Position numbers and translations under genes: made by a program
Notes under the pieces: model-generated
What the model was told of the DNA's origin: nothing
Seen by the model: the letters and a program-made list of their open reading frames with translations, nothing else
Database searches by the model: none
Part shown: positions 37,290 through 46,891 of the stretch, one piece after another
Numbering within the stretch: position 1 is the first letter of the stretch
Layout of the letters: the number at the start of each line of letters is the position of its first letter
Assembly (NCBI RefSeq): GCF_013003965.1
Contig: NZ_CP053069.1
Location: 525,419 to 589,418, forward strand
Length of the DNA: 64,000 bases
Source: Usitatibacter rugosus
GTDB lineage: Bacteria; Pseudomonadota; Gammaproteobacteria; Burkholderiales; Usitatibacteraceae
Reading direction: 5' to 3'

Positions 37290-40200
37290 TCAGTCTCCCG
37301 ACTGCGCCTTCACCTTGGACGCGATGACGACCGCCGGCGGACGCGGCAAGCGGCCGCGGGCGCGGTTGTACAGTTCCACGCTCTTGCGATACAGGAAGCG
37401 AATGCCGGTGAGCGTGAGGAACGCCTCGCCCAGGGTGAGCGCCATCGCGATGGCGGTGAACCGGCGCTCGGCCCTCCAGTGGAACTTCGCGAAGAAGCGG
37501 TCCTTGGAGATCTCGATCGAGTCGTAGAACGTCGGCACGACGAGGAGCGTGAGCAGCGTGGAGGTGATCGTGCCGCCGATGATCGCCACGGCCATCGGGC
37601 GGTAGAACTCGCCGCCTTCGCCCACGCCGATCGCGACCGGCATCATGCCGGCGATCAGCGCGAACGTGGTCATGACGATCGGGCGCAGGCGGACGCGGCC
37701 GGCGTGCATGAGCGCATCCTCGCGGTCCACGCCCTGCGCCTCTTCCTTGCGCGCGCAGTCGAGCAGCAGGATCGCGTTCTTCGCCACCAGGCCCATCAGC
37801 ATGATGATGCCGATGAAGCTCATGAGGTTGAGCGAGCCGCCCGTGATCTTCAACGCCAGCACCACGCCGATCAGCGACAGCGGCAGCGAGAGCATCACCG
37901 GCAGCGGCGCCGTGAACGAGCCGAACTGCATCACCAGCACCAGGTACATGAGCGCGATGCCCATGATCAGCGCCGTGAACATCTCGCTGAACACCTCGGC
38001 CTGGTCCCGCGAGGCTCCGCCCAGCGTGAGGCCGTAGCCGGTCGGGTAGTCGATGGATTTCGCGATCTTCATCGCATCGGCCGTGACCTCGCCCGAGGCG
38101 CGGCCCGACACGTTGGCCGAGACCGTGACCGTGCGCTTGCCGTCCAGGTGCTGGATCTGCGCCGGGCCCTTGCCCATGGAGATCGTGGAGATCTGGTCCA
38201 GCGGCACCATCATGTTGGTGCCCGTGACCGCGACCGGAAGGTGCTCGATGTTGCTGGCGTCGATGCGGTCGTCCGGATGCAGGCGCACGGCGACATCCCG
38301 CGTCTCGCCCGTGGGATCGACCCAGTCGCCGACTTCGACACCGGCGAACGCGACGCGAAGCGCCTGCGCCGCATCGCCCACGGCGATGCCGAGCTGGTTC
38401 GCGAGGCCCCGGTCGAGCTCGATCTTCAGTTCGTCCTTCGGATCCTGCTCCGAGAGGCCGACGTCAACCGCGCCCGGGATCTTCTTCATCTTCTCCATGA
38501 ACTCGTTGGTGATCGCCATGAGGCGGCGCGAGTCGGGGCCGGAGAACTGGATCTGCACGGGCTTGCGCACGCCGTTGTTGAGGTCGTCGAGCACGACGTA
38601 CTCCGCGCCGACCAGCGACTCGAGCCGCTTGCGAAGGTCCTTCGCGATGTCCCAGGCCTTGCGGTTGCGCTCCCAGGTCTTGCCGAGGTCCACGTAGACG
38701 CGCCCGCCGGTGGCGTTCACGTTGCTGTTGGTGGCCTTCACCTCGGGGATCTGGCGCGCGATCTCCGCGCCTTTCTCGACCTTCAGCTTGTTGTATTCGA
38801 GGCTCGCGGATGACGGCGTGCGGATGTCGATCGCGATCGTGCCGTAGTCGGACTGCGGCAGGAACGTGGAATCGCCCCACTTGATCTGGATGCCGAGGGC
38901 GACCACGAGGCTGGTGATCGCGATGACCGCCATCCACTTGCGGTGGTGCAGGGCCCACGCGATCACGTTGCCGTAGCGGTCGGCCTGGTGGTCGAACCAC
39001 GTGTTGAAGCGGGCGAGCTGCTTGCTGATGCCCGTCTTCTCCTGGTGCTGGTAGCCGACCGGGTCGCCCCAGTAGGCCGAGAGCATCGGGTCCAGCGTGA
39101 AGGAGATGAAGAGCGAGACCAGCACCGAGGCCGCGACGGTGAGCGCGAAGGGGCGGAACCACTCGCCCGCGCCGCCGCCCATGAAGGCCACGGGGATGAA
39201 CACGGCGATGATGGCGAACGTGGTCGCGGTGACGGCGAGGCCGATCTCGGCCGTGCCCACCTGGGCCGCGGTGCGTCTATCCGCACCTCGTTCCATGTGC
39301 CTCACGATGTTTTCTCGAACGACGATCGCATCGTCGATCAGTACCCCGATCGCCAGCGAGAGGCCCAGCAGCGTCATGAAGTTGAGCGTGAAGCCGCAGA
39401 TCCACACGGCGATGAACGCCGCGATCACCGACGTGGGGAGCGAGGTCGCCGTGATCAGCGTGGAGCGCCACGAGTTGAGGAACGCGTAGACCACGAAGAT
39501 GGTGAGGCCGGCGCCGAAGATCAGCGCGTCGATCACGTTGCGAAGGCTGCTCTCCGCGTCCTTGCCGCCGTCCTGCGTGACCTCGAGCTTGGTGCCCGCG
39601 GGCAGCGTCCTGTTGATCTCCTCGACCATCTTGCGAACCTTGTTCGCGACGGTGACGGTGGAGGCGTCGCGCGAGCGCGTGACGGACAGGCCCACGTTGG
39701 GGTGGGCGTTGCGCAGGCTCATGCCCGTGAGCTCGGCGAAGCCATCCTGCACCACGGCCACCTGGCCCAGGCGCACGATCTGCGAGCCGTTGCGCTTGAC
39801 GACGATGTCCTCGAATTCCTTCGGCGTCTCGATGCGGCCCACGAGGCGGATGGACTGCTCGTCCAGGTTGCCCTTCACGCGGCCAACCGGCGCCGTCGTG
39901 TTCTGCATGCGGAGAGCATTCACCACGTCAGTGACGGAGGTGTTGTATTCGCGCAGGCGCTCGGCGCGCAGCAGCACGGAGAGCTCGCGGCGCAGCGACC
40001 CGTTCACGTACACGACCGCGACACCGTCGATGCCGCGCATTTGATCGGCGAGCACGTCCTCGGCAAGGCGCGAGATCTCGGCGTGCGTCTGCTTCTGCGC
40101 GGAGAGCGCGAGCTGCATGATCGGCTGCGCGGAGGGGTCGATGCGCGTGAGAATCGGCTCGCGCATCTCGATCGGCAGCTTGTAGCGCACGGAGTTGATC

Positions 40201-40532
40201 GAGTTGCGGATCTCGTCCGAGGCCTCGACCATGTTCTTCTTGAAGTTGAAGATGATCACGATCTGCGCCTGGCTCTCGGAGGCCGTGGAACGGATCTGGT
40301 AGACCTGCGAGATGCTCTGCAGCGATTTCTCGATGCGGTTGACGACCTCGCGTTCCACCGTCTCGGGCGAGGCGCCCGGGTACGGGATCGTGACCACCAT
40401 CACGGGCTGGTCGACGTCCGGGATCTGGTTCACGCGCAGCTTCTTCAGGGCGAGCAGCCCCAGGCACATCAGCGCGATGATGATGACGACCGTCGAGACC
40501 GGCCGCTTGATGGCGAAGTCGGAAAGGAACAT
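37290..40532 (-). CDS. RND efflux transporter permease (AcrB/AcrD/AcrF family)
   Basis: 1080 aa, 12 TM, typical AcrB N-terminus MFLSDFAIKRPVSTVVIIIA. Confidence 0.9.
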   Translation of the reverse strand: MFLSDFAIKRPVSTVVIIIALMCLGLLALKKLRVNQIPDVDQPVMVVTIPYPGASPETVEREVVNRIEKSLQSISQVYQIRSTASESQAQIVIIFNFKKNMVEASDEIRNSINSVRYKLPIEMREPILTRIDPSAQPIMQLALSAQKQTHAEISRLAEDVLADQMRGIDGVAVVYVNGSLRRELSVLLRAERLREYNTSVTDVVNALRMQNTTAPVGRVKGNLDEQSIRLVGRIETPKEFEDIVVKRNGSQIVRLGQVAVVQDGFAELTGMSLRNAHPNVGLSVTRSRDASTVTVANKVRKMVEEINRTLPAGTKLEVTQDGGKDAESSLRNVIDALIFGAGLTIFVVYAFLNSWRSTLITATSLPTSVIAAFIAVWICGFTLNFMTLLGLSLAIGVLIDDAIVVRENIVRHMERGADRRTAAQVGTAEIGLAVTATTFAIIAVFIPVAFMGGGAGEWFRPFALTVAASVLVSLFISFTLDPMLSAYWGDPVGYQHQEKTGISKQLARFNTWFDHQADRYGNVIAWALHHRKWMAVIAITSLVVALGIQIKWGDSTFLPQSDYGTIAIDIRTPSSASLEYNKLKVEKGAEIARQIPEVKATNSNVNATGGRVYVDLGKTWERNRKAWDIAKDLRKRLESLVGAEYVVLDDLNNGVRKPVQIQFSGPDSRRLMAITNEFMEKMKKIPGAVDVGLSEQDPKDELKIELDRGLANQLGIAVGDAAQALRVAFAGVEVGDWVDPTGETRDVAVRLHPDDRIDASNIEHLPVAVTGTNMMVPLDQISTISMGKGPAQIQHLDGKRTVTVSANVSGRASGEVTADAMKIAKSIDYPTGYGLTLGGASRDQAEVFSEMFTALIMGIALMYLVLVMQFGSFTAPLPVMLSLPLSLIGVVLALKITGGSLNLMSFIGIIMLMGLVAKNAILLLDCARKEEAQGVDREDALMHAGRVRLRPIVMTTFALIAGMMPVAIGVGEGGEFYRPMAVAIIGGTITSTLLTLLVVPTFYDSIEISKDRFFAKFHWRAERRFTAIAMALTLGEAFLTLTGIRFLYRKSVELYNRARGRLPRPPAVVIASKVKAQSGD

Positions 40533-40535
40533 GGC

Positions 40536-41696
40536 CTAGCTCCCCTTGGCGGTGGAGGTCGCGGCGGCGGCCGAAGGCGGCGTGTTGGTGGCGGTGTTCT
40601 CGGTCGTGGGCGAGCCGGGGCCCTGCACGAGCTGGCCGTCCTTCAGGAGGGCCGTCGGGTAGCGGATCACCTTGTCGCCTTCGGTGAGCCCGGTCTTCAC
40701 CGCGTAGTCGCCGGTGCGCGGATCGCGGTCACCGAGGGCGATCTGCGCCTTCTGCAGCTTGGAATCCTTCACGCGCCAGGCGGACGCCTTGTCGCCGTCG
40801 CGCACGATCGAGGTGGCGGGAATGGTGAGGCCGGTCGTGCTGGCCGCTTCGACGCGGCCTTCGGCATAGAGGCCCGCGAGGCGCGGCTGCTTCTGGCCGG
40901 TGAAGTCCACGAGTACTTCCACCTGGCGCGTCGTCGCGTTGGCGGCCGGGTTCACGCGGCGCACCTTGCCGCTGAACTCCTCGTTGCCGTAGCCGTTCAC
41001 GCGGAAGCTCGCGGCCTGGCCGGCCTTCACGTCGCCGATCTGGTCGGCGGAGACCATGCCCTCGAAACGCATGCTGGTGGGGTCGATGACCTTCAGCAGC
41101 TCCTTGCCCATTTGTGCCGTGTCACCGGCGGAGACCTTGCGGTCGGAGACCACGCCGTCGAACGGAGCGCGAACCACCGTGCGCTCGAGCTGCTGGCGGG
41201 CCTGCACCACGCGGGCCTTGGCGGCCTCGACTTCGCTCTGCGTGGTGTTGCGGCGGATCTCGGAATCCTCCATCGCCTGCGCGGAGGTCATGCCCGAGGT
41301 ACGCAGCGTCTTCATGCGCTCCAGCTGGCGCTGCGCCTGGTCGTAGGCGAGGTCGGCGGCGCGCGCGGCGCTCTCGGCGGAGGCCAGGAGGTCGCGGATG
41401 GAGGTGTCATCCAGGCGCACGAGGGGATCGCCACGCTTCACCACGTCCCCGTTCTCGCGCATCACCTGCAGCACGATCGCCTGCACTTCGGCGCGGAGGT
41501 CGGCACGGCGCTCGGGCTGGATCGACCCGGTGATCGACGGGCCGGAGGCGAGCGCGGTGTTACGGACGGTTACCGTGTCCTCGGCGGAGAGCAGCAGGGC
41601 AGGCGCTTCGGCACCCTTCTGGGGCGCGGCGGGGCCCTTCGTGCAGGCGGCCACGGTGAGGGCCGCCACGAGGGCGAGGGCGATGCGAGGGGACAT
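40536..41696 (-). CDS. RND efflux periplasmic adaptor subunit (MFP, lipoprotein)
   Basis: Lipobox TVAAC. HlyD/biotinyl-like and beta-barrel regions. Immediately upstream of the permease gene. Confidence 0.85.
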   Translation of the reverse strand: MSPRIALALVAALTVAACTKGPAAPQKGAEAPALLLSAEDTVTVRNTALASGPSITGSIQPERRADLRAEVQAIVLQVMRENGDVVKRGDPLVRLDDTSIRDLLASAESAARAADLAYDQAQRQLERMKTLRTSGMTSAQAMEDSEIRRNTTQSEVEAAKARVVQARQQLERTVVRAPFDGVVSDRKVSAGDTAQMGKELLKVIDPTSMRFEGMVSADQIGDVKAGQAASFRVNGYGNEEFSGKVRRVNPAANATTRQVEVLVDFTGQKQPRLAGLYAEGRVEAASTTGLTIPATSIVRDGDKASAWRVKDSKLQKAQIALGDRDPRTGDYAVKTGLTEGDKVIRYPTALLKDGQLVQGPGSPTTENTATNTPPSAAAATSTAKGS

Positions 41697-41819
41697 GGAG
41701 GCTTTCCTGGAATTCTTGGTATGGCGCGGAGGGTAGCTCCCCCGGTTTCACCCCGCCAGACACAAGCGACGAACTGCAGGTTTCGGGGGGTGAATTGTAA
41801 GGTATCGAGGGTGAAAACG

Positions 41820-41848
41820 CGTCATTCCCGCGAAGGCGGGAATCCCGG
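41820..41848. repeat. second dRS3-like palindrome CGTCATTCCCGCGAAGGCGGGAATCCCGG; contains the S41 peptidase stop codon
   Basis: ATTCCC-N8-GGGAAT with a GAAG loop. Confidence 0.7.
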
Positions 41849-43225
41849 CTCCATCACGGTGTCGATCCCACGCCGGTAATCGTCGAATTTCCAGGCCACG
41901 GGCCGCTTCGGGGAAAGGTCGCCCGCGGGGACTTCGAAGGGGTAGTTCAGCCAAAAGCAGCGGGAGAGGTCGGACCAGCCGCAGCCGTTCTCCCAGTCGT
42001 GGTATCCGGTCGCGAAGAAGACCCGGATCTTCGAGTTGGGCAGCACGATCGGGGAGCCGGCCTCGGCCCAGAACTGGAGGCGGTCGCCGAGCCTTTCGCC
42101 GAGGATCACGGCTCGGTCGCCCGCGAAGTACTTGGCCCGCGCGGCCGTGACGAGCGCGGCGGAGAACGTGCCGTGGTCGGTGAGGATGTAGACCTTCCCG
42201 TCGCCCGCGACCTTCTTCGGAAGCTCCTTCGTGAAGGTGAGGGTCTTCGTGTAGTCGCCGCCGCCGTTGAAGCGCAGGTCGAGGACCGCGAACTTGAGCG
42301 TGCCGGGCGCGATCGTGGCCATCAGCTTCGCGAGCTGGTCGCCGAGATCGCCGCGATCGTCGTCCGACGTTGCGTTGAGGTGGATGTAGAGGCCGTCGCC
42401 GGGCAGCGCGATGTGGAAGAGGCTGTGGTCGGGATCGCGCAGGACGAGCGGCAGGTCCTGGCGATCGGGGAGCACCGTGGCCCACGGCGCATCCTCGGTG
42501 GTCTGCTGCTGCGGGGCGTAGTCCCGTTCGGGGAAGGGATAGGCCTTCTCGGGATCCGGCGGCGTGGAGGCCAGCACGATCGTTTCCGGGGCGCCCTTCG
42601 CCGATTCGAACGTGAGCTCGAGCTTGTCGTTGGGCATCCGCGGCCAAACGCCTGCGAAGACCGTGGGAGATACGAGGAAGGCGGGGATCGTCGCCTTCGC
42701 GTGGTCCGCGGTGCCGCTCACGTACGGCGTGAACGCGGCGAGCAGCTCCTCGGGCGTCTTGCCGTTGATGCGCAGCACCTTGCGGCCGACGAGATCCGCC
42801 TGCGGTTGCGCCGCGCGGATGACGAAAAGTCCTTCCTCGAACCACTGCACGCGAATCGGCGCGCGCTGGATCCTTCGCAGGCGGCGGCCCACCGTCGTGT
42901 GTCCATTGCCGGCGATCGCGACGAGGCGTGCGACTTCCATCTCGAGCTGCGCGGGGGTGAGCGTCGCGGATTTCGTCAGGAGAACCTGGCGCTCCGCCTC
43001 GAACTTCGCCGCGGCCTCGGGGGTGAAACTGCGGTCGTATTTGGGCAGGAGGGCGAGGAACTCGAGGTCCTGGCGCATCGCGACGGCGCTGTTCTCCGGG
43101 GCCGGGAAGCCGGGATGTTCCACCTCGGGATAGAAGCGCCCCATGAAGGAGAAATACAGCGCGCCCAGCAACAACCCGATACCGCCCAGCAACAGGACTG
43201 CCACGATCGCGACGCGTTTCTTCAT
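41822..43225 (-). CDS. S41-family peptidase (C-terminal processing/tail-specific-protease-like), membrane-anchored
   Basis: N-terminal TM helix. Central PDZ-like and S41 catalytic region (GGGDYTKTL..ILTDHGTFSAALV). Confidence 0.6.
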   Translation of the reverse strand: MKKRVAIVAVLLLGGIGLLLGALYFSFMGRFYPEVEHPGFPAPENSAVAMRQDLEFLALLPKYDRSFTPEAAAKFEAERQVLLTKSATLTPAQLEMEVARLVAIAGNGHTTVGRRLRRIQRAPIRVQWFEEGLFVIRAAQPQADLVGRKVLRINGKTPEELLAAFTPYVSGTADHAKATIPAFLVSPTVFAGVWPRMPNDKLELTFESAKGAPETIVLASTPPDPEKAYPFPERDYAPQQQTTEDAPWATVLPDRQDLPLVLRDPDHSLFHIALPGDGLYIHLNATSDDDRGDLGDQLAKLMATIAPGTLKFAVLDLRFNGGGDYTKTLTFTKELPKKVAGDGKVYILTDHGTFSAALVTAARAKYFAGDRAVILGERLGDRLQFWAEAGSPIVLPNSKIRVFFATGYHDWENGCGWSDLSRCFWLNYPFEVPAGDLSPKRPVAWKFDDYRRGIDTVMEPGFPPSRE

Positions 43226-43347
43226 GGATGATTGGATGCGGTGATGTGTTGCTCTGGATTCCTTAGTTGCCGGCGGCCCCTTATTCAGTTCCCTATTTGC
43301 AGAAAATTACGTCGAAGGCGACGGGACCGGCAGCAGACCATCAGAAC

Positions 43348-44280
43348 ATGGTTCACCGCAAACTGGTCTTGGTTCCGGGTCGCGCGCCGAGGGGGAAGGA
43401 TTCGGCCGCGTTGCGACGGGAATGGCTGCAGGCGCTGGGGAGCGGCCTGCAGGATGCGGGCATCGATCGCCCGATCGACGAGGCCGACGTCCGCTTCGCC
43501 TTCTACGGCGACGTGCTCGACGCGCAGACCGAGGTGAAGGACCCCGCGGCGGAGGTGGTCGGGGGCGCGCATGCCACGCAGCCCGAGCGCGTCTTCGTGG
43601 GCGCCGTGCTGGAGGAAGCGCGCAAGGAAGCCGCGATCACGAAGGCGGAGCTCGCGGCGATCGGCGGCGTGCACATGATGCAGCGCGGTCCGCTGCACTG
43701 GGAGTGGTCCCAGGCCGTGATCAAGGCCATCGACCGCCATGTGCCCGGAGGCAACGGTGCGACGATCGCGCTCGCGGCCCACGACGTGTACCAGTATCTC
43801 CACAACCCCGGCTTCGCGAAATCCGTCGATGACGTCGTGAGGCGCTCGATGCCGTCGGACGAGGATGCGGTCGTCGTCGCCCACTCGCTGGGCTCGGTGA
43901 TCGCCTACAACCTGCTCAAGATGGAAGGCGGCGAACGGCGCTGGAGGGTCCCGCTCTTCGTGACGCTGGGCTCGCCGCTCGCGATCACCGCGATCCGCAA
44001 TTCGCTCGGCGCGCGGGAATTTCCTTCCTGCGTGCGGCAATGGTTCAACGCCTTCGACGAGCGCGACACCGTGGCCGTCTATCCGCTCGACAAGCGCAAC
44101 TTCAACGTCGAGCCCGAGGTTATCGCCAACAAGGCCGACGTCGACAACGACACCGAGAACCACCACGGCGCCTCGGGCTACCTGTCGGACCGGGGCGTCG
44201 CGGAAAAAATAATGGGGTCAGACCCTAATTGCGGATCGCTTCCTCGAGGAGGCGACCGACGACGATCATCTGGGGAATGA
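43348..44280 (+). CDS. alpha/beta-fold hydrolase (putative lipase/esterase)
   Basis: Internal ATG chosen. Nucleophile elbow VVAHSLGSV. About 310 aa. Confidence 0.55.
   Translation: MVHRKLVLVPGRAPRGKDSAALRREWLQALGSGLQDAGIDRPIDEADVRFAFYGDVLDAQTEVKDPAAEVVGGAHATQPERVFVGAVLEEARKEAAITKAELAAIGGVHMMQRGPLHWEWSQAVIKAIDRHVPGGNGATIALAAHDVYQYLHNPGFAKSVDDVVRRSMPSDEDAVVVAHSLGSVIAYNLLKMEGGERRWRVPLFVTLGSPLAITAIRNSLGAREFPSCVRQWFNAFDERDTVAVYPLDKRNFNVEPEVIANKADVDNDTENHHGASGYLSDRGVAEKIMGSDPNCGSLPRGGDRRRSSGE
44204..44230. repeat. degenerate copy of the palindromic unit (AATAATGGGGTCAGACCCTAATT)
   Basis: Core GGGGTCAGACCC conserved. Overlaps the ends of two convergent genes. Confidence 0.5.
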
Positions 44281-45031
44281 CGAAGCCGAAGCGCTCGAAG
44301 GCGGCGCCGATGCCGGGATCGGGCGCGGGCGGCGCGTCCATTGTTGGAACGATGGCATCCGCGGCGCGGGACATGGCCGCGCGAATCGTGGCGACGCCGC
44401 GATCGATGGAGCCGTCGCGGAAGCGCGGCAGCAGGCACGTCACGAGCAGCGCGAGAAACTGCGGCCGATGGCCGAAGTGGCGGTAAAGGCTTTGCACGAC
44501 GCGCGGTCCGTTGGCACTGCCGGGCGCCGCGACCAACTCCAGGAGGGCGCTCACCTCGGGGGATAGATCGGCGGGAGCCGTCATCGCCACGAGGGGACCC
44601 GGAGCCACGGGTGGTGACCACGCGCAGGCATCGAGAGCAACGGAAGCCTTGGCACCACCCAGCACGCGTGAGAGGCACGTCACGGTGAGCAAGTTCACCG
44701 GATTCGCGAGGTTGTAGGCGCGGGCGACGATGCGAATCTCCTCGATCGCCGCATCGTCCACGCCCAGTGCCGTGAGCGCCTCGCGGGGAAACGCAGCAAT
44801 CGGATCGAGCGGCGTTTCCCCGGCGATCTTCCACGCCGTCTCCTGCAGCCGACCCGACTTCCACGCCGGGCCGATCGCGCCCCACGTCCACTCGAGGCCG
44901 CCGGGCAGCGTGGCCAGGTGGCGGAAGATCAGCGCCACCATCGGTACCGCGCCCAGCCGCCGCATCTCCGCGTAGATGCGCGCCTTCTCGCCCGAGGCCG
45001 CGCTTTCCGCGAGCTCCGGCAGCAACGCCAC
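44225..45031 (-). CDS. hypothetical protein (possibly DehI-like), last gene of the catabolic operon
   Basis: GTG start overlapping the upstream TAG stop (TAGTG). Domain call is by weak recollection only. Confidence 0.35.
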   Translation of the reverse strand: MALLPELAESAASGEKARIYAEMRRLGAVPMVALIFRHLATLPGGLEWTWGAIGPAWKSGRLQETAWKIAGETPLDPIAAFPREALTALGVDDAAIEEIRIVARAYNLANPVNLLTVTCLSRVLGGAKASVALDACAWSPPVAPGPLVAMTAPADLSPEVSALLELVAAPGSANGPRVVQSLYRHFGHRPQFLALLVTCLLPRFRDGSIDRGVATIRAAMSRAADAIVPTMDAPPAPDPGIGAAFERFGFVIPQMIVVGRLLEEAIRN

Positions 45032-46008
45032 TACTGGACCTTGATGTTGTTGCGGCGTGCGACGTCGCCCCACTGAGCGAGCGTGCCCTTCGTGAACACC
45101 AGCCACTGGTCGCGCGGCATGTTGTCCACGACGAGGCCGGCGGCGACGATCTTCGCCTGGATGTCCGGATTGGAGAGGACCTTGCGAAGGTCCGCGGAGA
45201 TCTTCGCCACGACATCCGGCGGCGTCGATTTCGTCGCGACCATGCCGCCCCAGCCTTCACCGGCGAAGCCCGGGTAGCCCAGCTCGGCGATCGTCTGCAC
45301 GTCCGGCAACTGCGGAGCGCGCGATGAGCCGGTCGACGCGAGTGCGCGCAACTTTCCGCTCTTGATGTGCGGCAGGTTCGCCGGCACGCCATCGACGGAG
45401 AGCTGGATCTGGTTGCCCAGCATGTCCTGCACGACCTGCGCGCTGCCCTTGTACATCACGCCCTGGATGTCCACGCCCGCGGTCTGCTTGAAGAGCTCGC
45501 CGGTCAAATGCTGCGTGGTGCCCGCGCCGGGGTAGCCCCAGTTCAGCTTGCCGGGATTCGCCTTGGCGGCATCGACCAGCTCCTTCAGCGATTTGTACGG
45601 CGCCTGGTCGTTGGCGACGATGATGAGCGGGTTCCGGAAGATCGGGCCGATCAGCACGAAATCGTTGAAGGGGTCGTAGGGAAGCTTGTCGATGATCGCG
45701 GGGTTCACGACCATCGCGGCGCTGGTGCCCATGAGCAGTGTGTAGCCGTCGCCCTTGGCTTCGCGCGCGGTCACCATGCCGGGGATGGCGGCACCCCCGC
45801 CGATGTTGTCGATCACGACGGGCTGGCCCCACTCGCGGCCGAGCGCCTCGCCGACGATGCGAGCGGCGATGTCCGTCGCCTGCCCCGCGGGGTAGGGGAC
45901 GATGAGCTTCACGGGCTTGTCGGGGAATTTCTGGGCCCACGCGGTGGCGCCGACGGTGGCCAGCAGCAGCGCGAACGCCGCGGATGCGATGCGTCGAATC
46001 ATGTTCAT
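45031..46008 (-). CDS. Bug-family (TctC-like) periplasmic binding protein
   Basis: Signal peptide, QKFPDKPVKLIVPYPAGQ, GYTLLMG. Confidence 0.8.
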   Translation of the reverse strand: MNMIRRIASAAFALLLATVGATAWAQKFPDKPVKLIVPYPAGQATDIAARIVGEALGREWGQPVVIDNIGGGAAIPGMVTAREAKGDGYTLLMGTSAAMVVNPAIIDKLPYDPFNDFVLIGPIFRNPLIIVANDQAPYKSLKELVDAAKANPGKLNWGYPGAGTTQHLTGELFKQTAGVDIQGVMYKGSAQVVQDMLGNQIQLSVDGVPANLPHIKSGKLRALASTGSSRAPQLPDVQTIAELGYPGFAGEGWGGMVATKSTPPDVVAKISADLRKVLSNPDIQAKIVAAGLVVDNMPRDQWLVFTKGTLAQWGDVARRNNIKVQ

Positions 46009-46889
46009 CTCCTCGTTGCGTTTCGTTCGGCGCGCTCGATCACCTTGCGCGCAATCTTGATGTGGACCAGGTCGATCATCCGCCCGTCCTTCGTTTTGAC
46101 CGCACCCTGCCCGGCTTCACCCGCGGCGGCCATGGCTTCCAGCACTTCGCGCGCCCACGCCAGCTGCTCCGCGGACGGCGAGAAAACTTCGTTGGCGATC
46201 GCCACCTGCGTGGGATGGATCGCCATCTTGCCCTCGAACCCGAAGGATGCCGCGTGGCGCGAAGCCGCGCGCATGCCATCCGGATTCGCGATGTCGAAGT
46301 ACGGGCCGTCGATCGGCGCCAGTCCGTACGCCCGCGCGGCGTTGGCGATGCGCGCCAGTGCGAAGTCGAACCGCGGCTCACTGCCTGCGAGGTTGACGGG
46401 CGAGGGGAGCACGCCGACATCGAGTTGGTAGTCGCCCGATCCGAAGATCATCGCGCCCAATCGGCCGCGGCAAGCGGCGATGGCCTCGGCATTCGCCACC
46501 CCCTTCGCGGTTTCCACCAGCGCGGCGATCGCGACCGGCTGCGTGCGCTTCGACGCCATCTCGCCCTCGTGCAACAGCTCGCTCGCGGTGGCGACGTCGT
46601 CGGGCGTCTCGCACTTCGGCAGGATGACGCGGTCCAGGCGCGCGCAGGCGGCCAGCTCCCGGAGGTCCGAAGCCGCCCATTGCGTGCCGAGGTCGTTCAC
46701 GCGCACGCAGAGGATGCGCTTGCCCCAATCCAGCGTGTTGATCGCCGCGATCGCCTTCGCACGCCCCTCGACCTTGAGCGACGGGATGACGGCATCCTCG
46801 AGGTCGATGAAGACCGCGTCGGCGTCGGACTGCGCGCCCTTCTCGAGGAAGCGCGGGTTGGTCGCGGGGACGGCGAGCAGCGACCGCAC
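46005..46889 (-). CDS. HpcH/HpaI-CitE family lyase (citrate-lyase beta / malyl- or citramalyl-CoA-lyase-like)
   Basis: GTG start after AGGTGA. LLAVPATNPRFLEKG..DAVFIDLEDAV..LPKCE motifs of CitE-like enzymes. Confidence 0.7.
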   Translation of the reverse strand: MRSLLAVPATNPRFLEKGAQSDADAVFIDLEDAVIPSLKVEGRAKAIAAINTLDWGKRILCVRVNDLGTQWAASDLRELAACARLDRVILPKCETPDDVATASELLHEGEMASKRTQPVAIAALVETAKGVANAEAIAACRGRLGAMIFGSGDYQLDVGVLPSPVNLAGSEPRFDFALARIANAARAYGLAPIDGPYFDIANPDGMRAASRHAASFGFEGKMAIHPTQVAIANEVFSPSAEQLAWAREVLEAMAAAGEAGQGAVKTKDGRMIDLVHIKIARKVIERAERNATRR

Positions 46890-46891
46890 GG

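Noticed and set aside
36052-37527. Gly-rich plus-strand ORFs (36052-36699, 36784-37527)
   Set aside because: Complement of the Pro-rich minus-strand gene (CCN codons read as GGN). The minus frame at least has an N-terminal TM helix.
38943-41879. 978-aa plus-strand ORF antisense to the RND pump genes
   Set aside because: Mirror ORF of the unmistakable AcrB-like and adaptor genes.
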